This document shows, one piece after another, positions 12,601 to 25,995 of a DNA stretch of 64,000 nt. The translations under genes were made by a program, and so were the position numbers. The stretch comes from Azolla caroliniana (taxonomy: Eukaryota; Plantae; Polypodiophyta): the NCBI GenBank assembly GCA_043228905.1, contig JBHGNT010000011.1, positions 6,944,001 through 7,008,000 on the forward strand, written 5' to 3'. The notes below the pieces were generated by a model. The model worked only from the letters and a program-made list of their open reading frames with translations, searched no databases and was not told where the DNA came from. The stretch's first letter is position 1. The number at the start of each line of letters is the position of its first letter.

Positions 12601-13344
12601 ATTACTCATGTAATAAGACAAAGCTAGGAAAGCAAAATTGACTAAGCCCGGAACAAACCAATAAGAGTAGTTTACAATAAAGAAAGCACATTAGTAACAA
12701 TTCTCGAAAGTGAGACTGAGATGAACAACCTTCAAGGGAAAGATACCAACAAACAACACAGTGGCTAGGAAATCCCCGGGAATTCTATAGAAGATAGGGA
12801 AGGTCAAAGTAAGTTATGGCTTATGAATGGTAATATGAAATAGTAACGGTCAATCAATTTACATTCTGTTGGCTTTGATTCGAGGGGCGAGAATGCCCTA
12901 GCATCCATTAGAGGGACTTGCGTTGGCTTTCTTTGCCAACACGAGGTCTGTTCTTGATATTTATAACAGTTTGTTAGGGGCTCATAGTGTCGTTCAAGTC
13001 CATCCATTTCACCGCTTCTTCTTGGGCACTACTAGTTGGTGGTCCTAGACGAAGTTATTGTGGTCGAGTGCCGCTATGTGGTACACCTGCGGCTCTTGGC
13101 TCCGTCACAAGCAGCGCATATGTTCCGTAAGGCGGCGTTGTTCGGCCACGATCTGATCCCCATTCTAGTTTTCTTCATGGATCTAGCACTTGCTAGGCCT
13201 GTATTGGATCTGGTACTCAATTCCTTGAGAGTGGCTTTACTACGTTCGGTCGTAGTGTGTTCACAATTCGTACAAACGGAACGTTTGGCATCGATTGCTT
13301 CTACAAGATCACCGGGCCTCTGCCACCCAATCTCGTATGCAATG
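9688..13344. other. Nuclear insertion of mitochondrial DNA (NUMT), part 1
   Basis: Group II intron-like sequence with a maturase remnant. Continuous with 25996-30480 once the copia element is removed (TSD caatg/cgatg). Confidence 0.7.
9750..11600 (-). pseudogene. Group II intron maturase/RT remnant (mitochondrial type); boundaries approximate
   Basis: FLDYSHGFGRNRGCH (RT2), RYANDSL (YADD-like), IFLGMRI (RT7) and a domain X-like LFRLAGRHK, in several frames. Confidence 0.75.
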
Positions 13345-13504
13345 TGTTGGGTCTATCCACTCAAGTGGAGCCCATGACATGGAGTTGACTCAGAGCCAAC
13401 TACCAACTCTATGTTGAATCGACTGGGTGTTGATTCAGGCTGAGCGTTGATTCGGCTGGACGCCGAATCGACTTAGAGCTAAAGAAAGGAAAAAGTTATA
13501 TGTT

Positions 13505-13549
<45 letters not shown>

Positions 13550-14273
13550 CACGTTTTTATTTGTCCTTTTTTCTTCTTGTGTGCGTGTGTGTGTTTTGGT
13601 ATGTTTATGTGTGAATGCAGATACGAAAAGAAGAGACGTTACTACAAAAAGGCTGATAAAAAGAAGGCATAGACAGAAAAACGAACAGTGTGAAAAACTG
13701 AGAGAAAGATAGAGAAAACAGAGCGAGTTACAAAGAAAAACTGCACATGAGTGAATAGAACTAAGGCTAGAAAAACAGAGATTCGAGAAGAAGAGGTGTG
13801 TGAGAAAAACACATCAAAGCTTCTGCAAGAAAACAGAAACAAGTGTGAGAGCTCGAGAATAGGGTGATCGAGAGCGAGAACTCGTTGCAAGTGTAAAGAC
13901 GGAGATCTAGCGAGGTGCTGTCTGGACTACCCAAAAGAGTCACAGCAACTCTTCTGTCCACTTGTAACAGGTTTATTTGTTCTGTGTTTTTTGGTTTTCT
14001 TTCTGTTGTTTATCCTATCTGGTAGGGTGAATATTGTATCAAAGGCCGTAGCCTTGAAATATATGTGGATATCTCTAGAGTAAGCTCTAGAGGCTGGCAA
14101 CACCTTGTATACTTAGAAAATAGTGAATTTGTTTCGAAACCTAAGGTTCTCGTGGTTTTTCCCAATTTTGGGTTTTCCACATTAAAGCTCAGTGTACTCT
14201 CTCATTTCGTCTTGTGGTTTCATCTATTGTTTATCAAGTGTGTTTGAAATTTTAATCATCTTGATTCCCAGCA
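13345..14273 (+). repeat. Copia A 5' LTR, containing (TA)n and (TG)n microsatellites
   Basis: Direct repeat of 25035-25995. Confidence 0.95.
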
Positions 14274-15511
14274 AGTGGTATCAGAGTGAGGTTCATACCT
14301 CCGCAAAGACTTGGAATATGGGAACCAACTACTGCATTTGGAAGTCCAAAATGAGGTACATGTTAGTATGTAAGGACATGTGGTTGCCCGTACTACATGG
14401 TACGAGCAAACCCGAGAACATAGATACATTAACCTAGGATGCCATGCATCGAAAGACATTTGCATACATCCGATGTTTTATAGACATGAGTCTATATAAC
14501 AATTTCTGTGATGAAACCAAAGCACACGAGTTATGGAGAAAAATCGAGAGTATGTTTCAGACCAAAAATGCTTTGAATAGAGTCTCCGTGTTTAGGAAAC
14601 TTGTAAGACTCAGGTATCAAGGTGGCTCTAGTATGGCAGAGCATCTTAATACGTTTCAAGGACTTATAAGTCAAATTGTCTCTCTAGATATACCTATAGC
14701 AAATGAGGTGTTGATCTTGTTATTGTTAGGCTCTCTCCCAGATAGTTGGGAAACCCTTGTTGTGATGCTTGGGACTGCAATGCAACAAAAGGACCTAACA
14801 TTGGACATGCTTAAGTCGAATCTTCTACACGAAGAAGCACGACGAAAGGAGCAGGAGTCCAACTTTGACCATAAAGCCTTAGTCATAGAAAACAACTCCT
14901 CTAGAGGAAGAAACCATGCTAGGGGTCCACATAATCATAGAAATAATTCTAAGGGGAGGTCAAAGTCTAGAAGTAGAAAAAACTTCAAGAAAGATTTTTC
15001 ATGTCGTTATTGTGGTGGTCCAAACCATTTTGAGAGAGATTGTTGGAAGAAAAAGAAAGACCAAAAGAAAGGAACCACCGATAATAAGAGCAATGAACTC
15101 ACTACAACCACTTGTGATGGCGACATTGTCATTGCTTGTGATGATGCGTGTGTTAGCTTAGCATGCCAACAAACTGATTGGATTATTGACTCGGGAACTT
15201 CGTATCACATTACTCTATACAGAGAGATGTTCTCGTCATATGCCGGTGGTGACTTTGGCAAAGTCAAAATGGTTAACCACGGCATAATAGAGGTTGTTGG
15301 CATAGGAAATATAATTCTAGCCACAAACACGGGTTGAAAACTAGTATTAAATGATGTTAGGCATGTACCAGACATTCGGCTGAATATTATTTCAGCCGGT
15401 AAGCTTGATGATGAAGGTTACACAAATTGCTTTGGTGAATGAAAATGGAAGCTCATCAAAGGCTCGCTAGTATTAGCAAGATGCCTAAAAGAGAATTCCC
15501 TCTATGTAATG

Positions 15512-18500
15512 TGTTGAGAGACAAGCTCAACATCGGCCGGATCGGCTGAAGAAGACGAGGACCGGATCGGTTGGGACCGATCGGTTAGGCCGAATGCGTA
15601 AACCGGTACGCGGACCGGTGCGTAGGTAGGGCCGGATCGGTGCGTAAACCGGGAGGCCGTTAGGAAAGATATTCCGTGAGGAATATATTTGGGAGTTAGT
15701 GTAGGAGCTCTCAATGAGCATTGAAGTACTGTCAGTACTTCGGTCAGTCCTTCTAGGACTTGTATAAAAGTGTTCATTGAACACACATATGTATAGAGTC
15801 GAGAATAGAGGTTGAATATAGTTCTTGTGTTTTCTCTCACTCTCTCTCTGTCTCTCCCGCGTATACTGCGTAAGCTCAAGCTCTCCATTAAACCTGAGTT
15901 TTCCTCCTTCTATTCGGTCTTCATACTTGCTTCCACACGTTATTTTTACATGGTATCAGAGCGCGAGGGTTGAGAACCTCTCTGCAACTGACACAGCTTG
16001 ACGAAGAAGAACAAGAAGAACGATGGATAGAGGCATGGCGAGCTCGCTTCCAACAGAGAAGCTCGACAGAACCAACTACGTGTCTTGGTCCTACAAGATG
16101 CACCAGTACCTGCTCGGGCACGGCTACTGGAGTTATGTCGAAGGAGCTAATGACACGGCACCCGAATCGACACACAGAGACTTCCCGTCGTGGGAGCAAT
16201 TGGCGAGTAGGGTATTATACTGCTTCGCATCGTGTGTGGGCGAACAACTATTGAGCTATGTTCGGGATGCAAAGACGGCGAAGGGTGCGTGGGAAAATCT
16301 GAAGAAGATTTTCGCCGCGAGCACCACAGCCAGGAAGCTTCAGCTCTGACAGGAGTTGAGCAACCTACGACAACGCGACTTGTCGGTGGCAAACTATACC
16401 TCGAAGATCAAGGATATCTGCGACTCCCTCGCCTCCATAGAGGTGAACATCGAGGAGAGCGAGATGGTCCATATCTGTCTCGGAGGTTTGGCGTCGAAGT
16501 TCGGTGCGTTCCGAATGGTTGTGTACCCAGGAAAATACACCGTCCTTTTTCAACTTACAGTCAATGCTCTTGGTAGAGGAGAACCACGCGGGTGCGTCTA
16601 CAAACATGCACACCGATAGTAGAATGTTGTACACGGAGGGAGATAGGCCTCGTGGACGTGGAGGACGAGGCAAGCTGACGCGCAATGGAGGCGGCCGACG
16701 AGATCAGGGAAGAAGGCATCGAAGTGATGCCGACAGCAACTCTGGACCCTCCGGAAACAGGGGGAGTCGAAGCGATGAGAACCGGCAAGGGAAGGCCATC
16801 ACGGAGTGCTGGTACTGTGGCAAGGAAGGCCATAGGGAAAGTGAGTGCTGGAAGAAGCGTGCCGATTCGGAGAGGACCGGTTCCGGAAACGGCTCCGGAC
16901 ATACCAACAAGGGAAATTCGGTAGCGATCGCACTACGCCGAAGACTCCGGGAGAGCCGGAGAAGGCTCTACCTTCGTGATGAGACACAAAGCAAACTCAA
17001 TGAAACGGACCACCCCGAGATCGGACGAGGTGTGGTACGTAGACTCCGGCGCGTCAAACCACATGACGAGCCATAAAGAGTGGTTCTCGTACCTTGAAAA
17101 ACCGATACAACCTGGAGTAGTCACAACTGGAGACGACACTCCGCATCCGATTGCGAATGTCGGAGAAGTTCCCCTTAGCCATGTCGGGTAGAAAGGGAAA
17201 CTAATGAACGTGCTGCACGTTCCGACAATCACGAAGAACTTGGTCTCGATCGGACAGATCGTCGACCAAGGGATGGAGGTTCGGTTTACACACCTCGGGT
17301 GCTTCATTGAGGAAGAAGGCCGTGTGATTGCACAAGGGCGCAGAGACGGGAGGATGTTCATCCTTGACTCCACTGACGGCGGCACCGCAATGTTTGCGAA
17401 GGGACAAAAATCGGAGTCGGACATCGACTTGTGGCACAAGAGGATTGGCCACATCAACTACCAACGGCTTCAAGATCTGCAATCAAAACAGGTAGTGTTC
17501 GGATTGCCCAAATTTAGTGGCCAAAAGGCACAAATTTGTGAAGCCTGCCAGCTCGGGAAGAAACACCGACTTCCCTTCCCCAACGAGCGAAACCGGAGCC
17601 GGAACAAGGTCGACCTTATACACTCTGATGTATGGGGGCTGGCACAAAACGTTAGTCTTGGCGGGAGCCGATATTTCGTCTCCTTCATCGACGACCACAC
17701 GCGGCACACATGGATCTACCTCATTGAGAGGAAGAGCAAAGTCTTTGACTGCTTTGGGGAACTCAAAGGGTTCGTGGAAACGGAAACGGGACGAAAGATC
17801 AAGTGCCTGCGGTCGGATCGTGGAAAGAGTACTTCTCCGATCAATTCAATGGTTATCTACAACAAATGGGAATTCGGCGCGAATTCAGTTGTAGATACAC
17901 GCCGGAGCAGAATGGCGTGGCCGAGAGGAAGAATCGGTCAGTTGTGGAAGCGGCACGGGCAATGCTGGACGAGAAGCGCTTACCCAAGTTCTACTGGGCC
18001 GAGGCGGTAAGGACCGCGGTATACATCCAGAACCGGATCGGAGACAAAGTGTCGGTGCACGAGCTATATTTCGGAACGAAGCCGAACTTGCGACACTTGA
18101 GGGTGTTCGGTAGCATTGCGTATGTGCATATACCGAAGGAGAAAAGGAGGAAGCTAGATGCAAAGGCCGAGAAATGCATCTTGGTCGGTTACTCGGACGA
18201 GCAGAAGGGTTATAAGTGCTATAACCCTCGCACCAAACAAGCGCGTGTTAGCCGCGACATTGTGTTTGACGAGTCCACGTCCTGGTACCAGCCCCCGACT
18301 CCAATCCAAGCTCTGACGATGAGGTCAGCGAGGCCGAGATGCCTCCGGATGAGCCCGAAATCGAGACCCGCGAAGAGGGTCCGATTTAACTCCGTTTAAG
18401 TGGACCGAGTGGACCGATTGGACGACTGAGTCGGTACGACCAGTCCGATGAAGAGCCGGCGAGTAGTGGAAACTCGGTCGTGCATTCCCCGCGCAGGAAG

Positions 18501-21334
18501 CCGAGGAGACGGCTTACGCACAAAGAGAAAGGGAAGAAGAAGGTGTCGGATTCCGGCACGGATAAGAACGAGTTAGACTGACGCGAGTCCGATTCCGAGG
18601 GAACCGGTGACGGGTCTTTAAAAGTGAAGTCCGCGTTGATCGAGAAGGCCTCGACATCGGCTAATGTGAGATTACGCCGATCTACCCGCCAGAAGAATCC
18701 TATTTTGCGGTTCGGACACGAGTACATGGCGCATCATTATGCGTACATGACCTGTGTAGCGGAAGTGCGTGAGCCGGAGAGCTACGCAGAAGCGGCTAAA
18801 GACACGAATTGGCGTGCCGCGATGGAGGAAGAGATGCACACATTGGCAGAGAACGAGACTTGGGACCTGGTTGACGCACCAAAAGGGGTTAAACCAATCG
18901 GGTGTAGGTGGGTGTACAAGGTCAAGTACAACACCGATGGCTCGGTCAACCGGTACAAGGCTCGGCTAGTGGCAAAGGGCTACGCACAGAAACACGGCAT
19001 CGACTACGATGAGACGTTTGTGCCGGTCGCGAAAATGACGACCGTCCGTGTTTTGCTCGCAGTAGCTGCGGTGAATGGGTGGCACTTACATCAGATGGAT
19101 GTAAAGAATGTGTTCTTGCAAGGTGACCTTCAGGAACAGGTGTACATGGTACAGCCTCCCGGATTTCACTCCGGAACAAACTCCTCGGCAATATGCCGAC
19201 TGAAGAAGTCCCTTTACGGACTGAAGCAAGCCCCGCGTGCCTGGAACGCGAAGATCACGCAACGACTGCGTCGGATGGGCTTCGTCACGTCAAAATCGGA
19301 CTCTTCCCTGTTCATCCGGAAAGGTCGACTCGGACCGGTTAGTATTTTACTATATGTTGATGACTTGGTCATCACCGGCGCCGACCTCGGTGAAATCGAC
19401 CACGTGAAGCTCCAGCTTGCGGCATCGTTCGACATGAAGGATCTGGGGGACCTTCATTATTTCCTCGGGATCGAAGTGATCCGCACCCCCGAAGGCATAT
19501 TGATCAGCCAACGTCATTACGTGCTGAGTATGCTCTTCAAATTCGGGATGGCCGACTGTAAGTCCGTCTCGACTCCCCTGGACAGAACCGTCAAGGTTCG
19601 TCCCGATACGGGAAAGGTATGCGACCCGACGAGGTTCCGACAAATTGTCGGAAGCCTCATATACTTGACCATCACCCGACCCGACCTCAGTTATCCGGTC
19701 GGAGTGATCAATCAGTTCATGGTGCGACCTACCAAGGAGCACCTTAAGTGTGCGCAACGCATACTTCGGTATGTCAATGGCACTAAGTACCGGGGACTGC
19801 TATATCGAACCAGTGCAGCCGCGCAGTTAGTCGGCTACACCGACGTTGATTGGGCTGGCAACGCCGTTGATCGCCGATCCACGTCCGGATACGCATTCTC
19901 TCTCGGGAGTGTCGCGATCGCGTGGAGCAGTAAGAAGCAGCTGATAGTTGCACTGTCGAGCACCGAAGCTGAGTACCGAGGAGCGGTTGTCGCGACATGC
20001 GAAGCCATATGGTTGAAACGGCTACTTAAGGACCTGCAAGAGGAGGTGTCAGATCCGACGACGATCTACTGCGACAACCTCAGCAGCATCCAGCTCACGA
20101 AAAACCATGTTTTCCACGCATGGACCAAGCACATGGAGGTGCACTACCATTTCATCCGTGAGCGTGTCCTTTCCGGTGAAGTCGAACTTCAGTACGTTCT
20201 GACGGATAGACAGACTGCCGACATCTTCACAAAGCCTCTTGGTCTGGACAAGTTGCAGCAATTCTTAGGTGCGCTCGGATTCCATCACCTCGACGTGCCA
20301 AACTTGAGGGGGAGAACAATCCCGAAAAACTGAGCAAGGCAGCAGGAAAGGAGCAGAGACCGCGACACCAAGTCGGTTGTCGAGTTCGACTTCGGATCGG
20401 CTGAAGAAGCCGAGGGCAGACCCGCAGAAAAGTTCGGAAGCGGACAGAAGGGGAGCAGCCGAAGCCAACCATGCATGGGGAAGATGACGCCATCGAGGGC
20501 GAGAAGACCGAAGACGAGTTGGAGACAGCCAACTCGGACGAGAGCGAAAACCGATCGGAGGTAGCCGAGTCAGTTCGGATGTTTGATTCAGATACGCTGA
20601 ATCAATCGAGGCCCAAGCGGAAGAAAAGGCAGCAAGAGAAGCGTCAACACCGCAACAGCAGAAGAGCTGATAAGGGCCATGTGAGCAGACAAGCCGACTG
20701 GAAGGGTCGAAGCGCGCGGAGTCGAACAGGTCGAGGAGCGCGAGCGAGGCGTGAAGCTAGGAGGAACCAGAGCTGTGAGCCCGAAGATCCATAAGAGCCT
20801 CAAGTTGAGCTTGAGGGGGAGTGTTGAGAGACAAGCTCAACATCGGCCGGATCGGCTGAAGAAGCCGAGGACCGGATCGGTTGGGATCGATCGGTTAGGC
20901 CGAATGCGTAAACCGGTACGCAGACCGGTGCGTAGGTAGGGCCGGATCGGTGCGTAAACCGGGAGGCCGTTAGGAAAGATATTCCGTGAGGAATATATTT
21001 GGGAGTTAGTGTAGGAGCTCTCAATGAGCATTGAAGTACTGTCAGTACTTCGGTCAGTCCTTCTAGGACTTGTATAAAAGTGTTCATTGAACACACATAT
21101 GTATAGAGTCGAGAATAGAGGTTGAATATAGTTCTTGTGTTTTCTCTCACTCTCTCTCTGTCTCTCCCGCGTATACTGCGTAAGCTCAAGCTCTCCATTA
21201 AACCTGAGTTTTCCTCCTTCTGTTCGGTCTTCATACTTGCTTCCGCACGTTATTTTTACATGGTATCAGAGCGCGAGGGTTGAGAACCTCTCTGCAACTG
21301 ACACAGCTTGACGAAGAAGAACAAGAAGAACGAT
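15512..21334 (+). mobile_element. Ty1/copia element B nested in copia A; 3' LTR followed by a second PBS and leader
   Basis: 439-bp LTRs 15512-15950 and 20822-21260 with about five differences by eye; PBS-iMet at 15951 and again at 21261; PPT TTGAGGGGGAG. Confidence 0.95.
16023..20333 (+). pseudogene. Copia B gag-pol with stops and frameshifts
   Basis: CWYCGKEGHRESEC; WYVDSGASNHM; QNGVAERKNR; LYVDD; ADIFTK. Confidence 0.95.
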
Positions 21335-22907
21335 AAGGAAGTCCCTATTGAATTGTGGCACAAGAGACTTGGGCACATGAGTCAAAAAGGACTCAAGGTG
21401 CCAGCTAGAAAGAACATCTTACCTGAGATAAGAGGTATGCACTTAGAAACTTGTGTTGATTGCTTGGCTGACAAACAACACAGAGTTGCCTTTCAGCACC
21501 TGCCCCCAAAAGAAAATTTCAGGCATTGGAATTGGTGCACACGGACTTGTGCTATATGAAAGATAGAACTCTTGGGGGGAGCATTGTACTTTGCCACGTT
21601 TATCGATGACCTCTCAAGGAAGTTGTGGTGTTTTGCATTAAAGACTAAAGATCAAGTTTTTGAAATCTTTAGGAACTTTCATGTAAGTGTCGAAAGAGAA
21701 ATAGGAAGAAAGCTTAAATGTATCAGTTCCGATAACAACGGTGAATATCAGGGACGATTGGAGGAATATTGTCCTGAGCATGGTATTAGACTAGAGAGGT
21801 GTCCTGAAAACACCTCAGCACAATGGCGTAGCTGAGAGGATGAATAGGACAATTTGTGAGTGGATAAGATGCATGCTATCCCACTCAAAATTACCGAGAT
21901 CTTTTTGGGGTGAAGCAATGAGGACTGTCGTTGACCTCATAAACCTGTCCCCATCAATCCCTTTGGATGGTGATGTACCCGAGAGGGTTTGGACAGGTAA
22001 GAAGGTGTCATACAAACACTCAAGAGTGTTTGGTTGCAAGGCTTATGTCCACATCCCAAAAGATGAAAGATCCAAGCTTGATGACAAATGCAAACCATGC
22101 ATATTTTTGGGATATGACCATGAGGAATTCGGCTATAGACTTTATGACCTAGCAGAGAAGAAAGTCATTAGAAGCAGGGATGTGGTATTCCTTGAGGATC
22201 TGACCTTACAAGATCCGGAGCCGAATGACATGCCGGATCTCACCCCTGATTTTTCAATCACCAAACACCCAATGCCTGCCCTAGACACACAAGGTCATGG
22301 GGGAGATACCGAGGAGTATGATGATACGGCTGATGATGCAACCGACGATGATGATGGGCAGAATCATGACCATCATATTCTAGGTGACATTTCAGCAACT
22401 CCTCCGAAAGAGGAAGAGGTTAGAAGGTCTATGAGACAAAGAAGACCTTCTACTAGATACAACCCACATGAATATGTGATGCTTTCATATGGAGGAGAGC
22501 CAGAAAGCTTTAGAGAAGCTATGGCAAATGATCATAAGGAGGAATGGCTTGACGCCATGAATGATGAGATGAAGTCTTTGCAAGACAATCACACTTATGA
22601 TCTTGTAAAGCTGCCTAAGGGCAAGAGAGTGCTGAAAAACAAATGGGTTTACAGGCTCAAGACTGCGGAACATTGCTCACAACCAAGATACAAGGCAAGA
22701 TTTGTTGTGAAGGGGTTCAACTAGAAAAAGGGAATTGATTTCAAGGAGATTTTCTCACCAGTGGTGAAGATGTGCTCAATCAGAGTTGTACTTGAGATCA
22801 CAGCCAGTCTCGATCTAGAAATTGACCAACTCGATGTAAAAACCGCCTTCCTCCATGGCGATTTGGAAGAAGAGATTTACATGGATCAACCCGAAGGGTT
22901 TGGAGTC

Positions 22908-24422
22908 TGTTACCCTGTATGAGATGTACGGAGAGTCAAGTGTGATGAGCGAGGGTCGAATGTTATCATGATTATGTTGTGTATGTATAGGGGGCATAAA
23001 TGTAATTGTGAGTCTTTATGTATGTGAACACATGCACACGTGTGTGCCTGTGGATGGATACGAGGAGGTGTGAGTGAGTGTCCAGTATGAATGCTCGAGG
23101 GGGCTTACACCCCTATGTATCTACCCCCTCTTGTACTATTTAACCCCATATGGGGAATGAATGAAACATGAATAACCATTTCTCTCTCTATCTCTCTCTC
23201 CCTCTCTCTCTTCCCTCCCCTTAATGTTGAACCCCCTTGGGAGGGGGGTGGAGCCATTCTAGGCACCACCCCCCACCCCACAATGCTTCTCTATATGATC
23301 TCTCTCACCATCATACTCTCCATCACCATGTCTATCTTCATTACCAAGCATCATAATTATCATCATTAACCCTAACCCTAAATCCTACAACACCTTTTGG
23401 CGACCACTAAGGCGACCCCCCTTCGGAGACGAAGTCGAAGATTAATACGTGGTAGAGACAACAATGACGAAATGTGCGATAATGGTAACGATGATGTGCA
23501 AGAAATCAAATCAATGATGTGCTGCAAATGGTGGTCACGATATACTAAACGAAGTCGAGGAATGAGAAATGGTGTTGACGATTTGCGTGTAGTTGATCGC
23601 AAAAGAAAGACGAACAGAAGCTTATGATCTATGGGTTAGCAATGGAAGTGCAAAGGAGAGAGAGACCCAACCATCACAAGCCGTATCTTCCAAAGATGAG
23701 AGTGCATTTCTATCCACATATGACCGGTCAGACATGACCAGAAAGACAAACGACCGGAGGGCCGAATGATGACCAAACCAAACGGGCATGGATGGGCTGG
23801 ATAGAGACAACGCTTGAATGAAGCAAAGATGGCTGGACGAGATTCGACAGACATGAATTAGACAAACGACCAGAGACTGGTCAGACAAGGCCGACAAAGA
23901 TGGAAATGATGGAACAAAGATGGAGAAGGCAATGAAGAAAGTGAAAGAAACGCCAAAAATAACTGACGAAAACATAAGGACAAAGGCCGGAATGGCTGGA
24001 CAGTGGGCGAGAGTGGCCGGAGTGACCGGAGTGGATGGACAACAGTCCGAGAGGCCAAAGTGCCCGGACAATAGTTGGAACGGTCGGATAGGCCGAGAGT
24101 GGCTGGACAGGAGCCGAAGAGCCGAAATGGCCAGAGAGCGGCCGAACAGGACGACAGTCGAACATCATTCATATGGCAACGACCTAATAAAGCAGCCGAG
24201 TTGGGGTGGCCAGACAACCAATGGCTAGAGCGGTGGCCGAATAGCGATGACTGGATGCCACGTACAAAGAAAGTGGCGTCGGCCTTACAATAGCCCGATA
24301 GTGGCAGTGACCGAATTGCGGCTAGAGCAGCGGTCAGACAGAGACACGCCGAACAGATGGAGGAACTGGGAACCGGACGGACAGGCGCGACAGCGGAACA
24401 ATGATACAGAGGCAGAGACGGA
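22908..24422 (+). mobile_element. 5' fragment of a Tat/Ogre-like gypsy element (LTR 22908-23392, PBS-Arg, repetitive leader); its 3' part and part of the copia A RT are deleted
   Basis: TGTT...AACA LTR followed by TGGCGACCAC (tRNA-Arg type PBS). Host RT jumps from EGFGV to IAHAVG. Confidence 0.7.
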
Positions 24423-25034
24423 ACATTGCTCACGCAGTTGGTGTAGTGAGTCGTTTTCTCTCCAACCCTGCAAAAGATCACTGGGAAGCAGTGAAATGGA
24501 TCCGGGGATATCTGAAGGGTACCTCAAGAGTTTTTCTAAAATTTGGTGAGAACCAAACTATATTAGATGGATATATAGATGCCGATACGGCTGGTGATGT
24601 TGACTCAAGAAAGTCTACATCTGGATACCTAATGATCTTTGCAGGGGGAGCGGTCTCTTGGCAATCGAGACTGCAAAAATGCGTGGCATTATCCACAACG
24701 GAGGCTGGATATATTGCTGCCACAGAAGTCAGTAAAGAATTGTTATGGCTAAAGAAATTCCTACAAGAGTTGGGGCTGATTCAAGAAAGATACATCCTGT
24801 ATTGTGACAAGCCAAAGTGCTATACATTTAAGTAAGAATTCTTCCTTTCATTCTAAGTAAGATACCATTGGATTAGAGATGTGCTTGAAGAAAAGAAAAT
24901 GCAAATTGAAAAGATTCACACAAATGAGAATGGCTCCCACATGATGACAAAATCATTGTCAAGGGAGAAGCTTGAAGTTTGCAAACAAAAAGCAAACCTA
25001 GTTGTGCCCCCCACTTGAGATGGAGGGGGAGAAT

Positions 25035-25199
25035 TGTTGGGTCTATCCACTCAAGTTGAGCCCATGACATGGAGTTGGCTGAGAGCCAGCTACCAACTCT
25101 ATGTTGAATCAGTTGGGCGTCGATTCAGGCTGAGCGTTGATTCGGTTGGACGCTGAATCGACTTAGAGCTAAAGAAAGGAAAAAGTTATATGTTTATTA

Positions 25200-25246
<47 letters not shown>

Positions 25247-25995
25247 TGTATGTTTTTATGTGTTATTTTTTCTTCTTATGTGTGTGTGTGTGTGTGTTTT
25301 GGTATGTCTATGTGTGAATGCAGATACGAAAAAAAGAGACGTTACTCCAAAAAGGCTCATAAAAAGAAGGCATAGATAGAAAAACGAACAATGTGAAAAA
25401 CTGAGAGAAAGATAGAGAAAACAGAGCGTGTTACAAAGAAAAACTGCACATGAGTGAACAGAACTAAGGCTGGAAAAACAGAGATTCGAGAAAAAGAGGT
25501 GTGTGAGAAAAACACAACAAAGCTTCTGCAAGAAAACAGAAACAAGTGTGAGAGCTTGAGAACAAGGTGATCGAGAGCGAGAACTCGTTGCAAGTGTAAA
25601 GACGGAGATCTAGCGAGGTGTTGTCTGAACAACCCAAAAGAGTCACAGCAACTCTTCTGTCCACTTGTAACAGGCTTATTTGTTCTGTGTTTTTTGGTTT
25701 TCTTTCTATTGTTTATCCTATCTGGTAGGGTGAATATTGCATCCAAGGCCGTAGCCTTGAAATATATGTGCATATCTCTAGAGTAAGCTCTAGAGGCTGT
25801 CAACACCTTGTATACTCAGAAAATAGTGAATTTGTTTCGGAACCTAAGGTTCCCTTGGTTTTTCCCAATTTTGGGTTTTCCAAGTTAAATCTCGGTGTAC
25901 TCTCTCATTTTGTCTTGTGGTTTCATCTATTGTTTATCAAGTGTGAATTGTGTTTGAAATTTTAATCATCCCGATTCCGCTACATATTCCCAACA
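25035..25995 (+). repeat. Copia A 3' LTR
   Basis: Direct repeat of 13345-14273, preceded by PPT. Confidence 0.95.

Larger units (their letters stand above)
14318..25018 (+). pseudogene. Copia A gag-pol, fragmented (14318-15511, ~21335-22907, ~24423-25018)
   Basis: CRYCGGPNHFERDC zinc knuckle; WIIDSG protease; LWHKRLGH integrase; RYKARFVVKG RT; DSRKSTSGY RNase H. Confidence 0.9.
13345..25995 (+). mobile_element. Tnt1/Tork-like Ty1/copia element (copia A) with two nested insertions
   Basis: LTRs 13345-14273 and 25035-25995; PBS-iMet TGGTATCAGAG at 14276; PPT GATGGAGGGGGAG; 5-bp TSD caatg/cgatg (one mismatch). Confidence 0.95.

Noticed and set aside
12293-13007. ORFs 12293..12595 and 12804..13007 as mitochondrial genes
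   Set aside because: No protein family motif recognised.
23366-23386. Telomere-like AACCCTAACCCTAAA
   Set aside because: Only two to three units at an LTR U5 end; a common telo-box-like motif.
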